Source of the DNA: Mobula hypostoma
Lineage: Eukaryota
Reading direction: 5' to 3'
Assembly (NCBI RefSeq): GCF_963921235.1
Contig: NC_086097.1
Span: forward strand, 107,572,001-107,636,000
DNA length: 64,000 bases
In this document: piece after piece, positions 61,801 through 64,000 of the stretch
Position numbering within the stretch: position 1 is the stretch's first letter
How the letters are laid out: each line of letters begins with the position of its first letter
Notes under the pieces: generated by a model
The model's input: only the letters and a program-made list of their open reading frames with translations
The model's database searches: none
What the model was told of the DNA's origin: nothing
Position numbers and translations under genes: made by a program

Positions 61801-64000
61801 GAGGCCAGAGGCCGGAGACCTGAGGCGAGGCCGGAGACTTGAGGCGAAGCTGGAGGCCGGAGACTTGAGGCAAGGCCAGAGGCTGGAGACCTGAGGCCAG
61901 GCCCGAGGCTGGAGACCTGAGGCCAGGCCCGAGGCCGGTGAACTGAGGCCGGGGACCTGAGACCAGGCCTGAGGCCGGAGACCTGAGGCCGGAGACCTGA
62001 GACCAGGCCGGAGACCCGAGAACAGGCCGGAGACCCGAGGCGATGCCAGAGGCCGGAGTCCCGAGGCGAGGCCACAGGCCGGAGACCCGAGGCGAGGCCA
62101 GAGGCCGGAGACCTGACGCCGGAAACCTGAGGCGAGGCCGGAGGCCGGAGACCTGAGGCGATGCCGGAGGCCGGAGACCTGAGGCGATGCTAGAGACCGG
62201 AGACCTGAGGCCAGTGGCCTGAGACCTGAGGCAGGTGACCTGAGGCGATGCCGGAGACTGGAGACTTGAGGCGACGCCGGAGGCCAGAGACCTGAGGCAA
62301 GGCCGGAGGCCGGAGACTTGAGGCGAGGCCAGTGGCCGGAGGCCGGAGGCCGGAGACTTGAGGCGAGGCCGGAGACATGAGGCCTGAGGCCAGAGACTTG
62401 ATCCCAGAGACCTGAGGCCAGAGGCCAGAGGCTGGAAACCTGAGGCCAGAGACTTGAGGCCGGAGACCCAAGGCCAGAAGCTGGAGGCCGGAGACCTGAT
62501 GCCAGAGCCCGGAGACCTGAGGCCGGTGTCCTGAGGCGAGGCCAGAGGCCAGAGACCTGAGGCGAGGCCGGAAGCCAGAGACCTGAGGCGAGGCCGGAGA
62601 CTTGAGGCGAAGCTGGAGGCTGGAGGCCGGAAGCCAGAGACCTGAGGCGAGGCCGGAGACTTGAGGCGAAGCTGGAGGCTGGAGGCCGGAGACTTGAGGC
62701 CAGGCCAGAGGCCGGAGACCTGAGGCCAGGCCCGAAGCCGGAGACCTGAGGCCAGGCCCGAGGCCGGAGACCTGAGGCCAGGCCTGAGGCCGGAGACCTG
62801 AGACCAGGCCGGAAACCCGAGGCGATGCCAGAGGCCGGAGACCCGAGGCCGGAAGCCAGAGACCTGAGGCGAGGCCGGAGACTTGAGGCGAAGCTGGAGG
62901 CCGGAGGCCGGAGACTTGAGGCCAGGCCAGAGGCCGGAGACCTGAGGCCAGGCCCGAGGCCGGAGACCTGAGGCCAGGCCCGAGGCTGGAGACCTGAGGC
63001 CAGGCCCGAGGCCGGGGACCTGAGACCAGGCCTGAGGCCGGAGACCTGAGGCCGGAGACCTGAGACCAGGCCGGAGACCCGAGAACAGGCCGGAGACCCG
63101 AGGCGATGCCAGAGGCCGGAGTCCCGAGGCGAGGCCACAGGCCGGAGACCCGAGGCGAGGCCAGAGGCCGGAGACCTGACGCCGGAAACCTGAGGCGAGG
63201 CCGGAGGCCGGAGACCCGAGGCGAGGTCCGAGGCCGGAGACCTGAGGCTAGAGACCGGAGACTGGAGACCTGAGGCCAGAGGCCGCAGACCTGATGCCAA
63301 AGGCCAGAGGTTGCAGACCTGAGGCCCGAGGCTGGAGACCGGAGACCAGAGGCCAGAGGCCAGAGGCTGGAGACTTGAGGCGACGCTGGAGGCCGGAGGC
63401 CGGAGACCTGAGGCCAGGTCCGAGGCTGGAGACCTGAGGCCAGGCCCGAGGCCGGTGACCTGAGGCCGGAGACCTGAGGCCAGGCCTGAGGCCGGAGTCC
63501 TGAGGCCAGGCCTGAGGACGGAGTCCTGAGGCCAGGCCTGAGGACAGAGACCTGAGACCAGGCCGGAGACCCGAGGCGATGCCAGAGGCCGGAGACCCGA
63601 GGCGAGGCCAGAGGCCGGAGACCTGAGACCGGAGACCTGAGGCGAGGGCGGAGACGTGAGGCGAGGCCGGAGGCCGGAGACCTGAGGCGATGCCGGAGGC
63701 CGGAGGCCGGAGACTTGAGGCGACGCCGGAGGCCAGAGACCAGAGACCTGAGGTGAGGCCGGAGGCCGGAGACCTGGGGCGATGCCAGAGGCCAGAGGCG
63801 GGAGACCTGAGGCGAGGCCGGAGGCCGGAGACCTGAGGCCAGAGGCCGGAGACCCGAGGCGAGGTCTGAGGCCGGAGACCCGAGGCGAGGTCCGAGGCCG
63901 GACACTGGAGACTTGAGGCCAGAGGCCGGAGACCTGATGCCAGAGGCCAGAGGTTGCAGACCTGAGACCAGAGACTGGAGACCTGAGACCAGAGGCCGGA
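22883..64000. repeat. Complex GC-rich satellite of at least 41 kb, made of 7-bp (GAGGCCG/GAGGCCA/GAGGCTG/GAGACCT/GAGACTT) and 5-bp (GAGGC) units with higher-order repeats
   Basis: Directly visible tandem structure in a single orientation, with a purine-rich plus strand and no interruption seen up to the window end. Confidence 0.98.

Noticed and set aside
22673..63905. Dozens of long ORFs (up to 2054 aa) as protein-coding genes, such as mucin- or collagen-like repeat proteins
   Set aside because: They overlap in multiple frames with the same low-complexity text and mostly begin at non-ATG codons. The stop-poor composition of the 7-bp repeat explains them.
22883..64000. CRISPR array or other repeat-spacer system
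   Set aside because: There are no unique spacers, no constant 23-50 bp repeat and no cas-like genes, and the context is eukaryotic transposon DNA.
22883..64000. Immunoglobulin switch-like region (G-rich pentamers, AGCT motifs)
   Set aside because: The units are GAGGC/GAGACC rather than GAGCT/GGGGT, AGCT is a minority word, and no Ig exons are visible.
22883..64000. Telomeric repeat or synthetic construct (dense GAGACC BsaI sites)
   Set aside because: There are no TTAGGG tracts. The graded divergence and natural junction with transposon DNA argue for a genomic satellite.

Overview
This is eukaryotic, vertebrate-like repeat DNA; the CR1/Penelope/hAT family mix suggests a cartilaginous fish, which is an inference. 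I see no host genes, RNA genes or CRISPR arrays. Bases 1-22.9 kb are a nested pile of transposons. They include several CR1 LINEs, one with twin-priming-type inversion geometry. A minus-strand class I (gamma/epsilon-like) endogenous retrovirus has an LTR, a tRNA-His PBS, gag, a protease remnant, a 2H-phosphoesterase-like domain, an in-frame deletion of almost all of RT, RNase H and integrase. Also present are a Penelope element with a decayed hammerhead ribozyme, a solo LTR, a 5'-inverted L1 with a 16-bp TSD, a hAT/Charlie deletion derivative, a Gypsy 3' half and a hAT transposase fragment. From about 22.9 kb to the window end lies a satellite of at least 41 kb, built from 7-bp GAG(G/A)C(C/T)N and 5-bp GAGGC units with kb-scale higher-order repeats. 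It appears to start inside a Gypsy-type LTR. The many long ORFs in the satellite are compositional artefacts. All calls come from reading motifs by eye; no searches were run.
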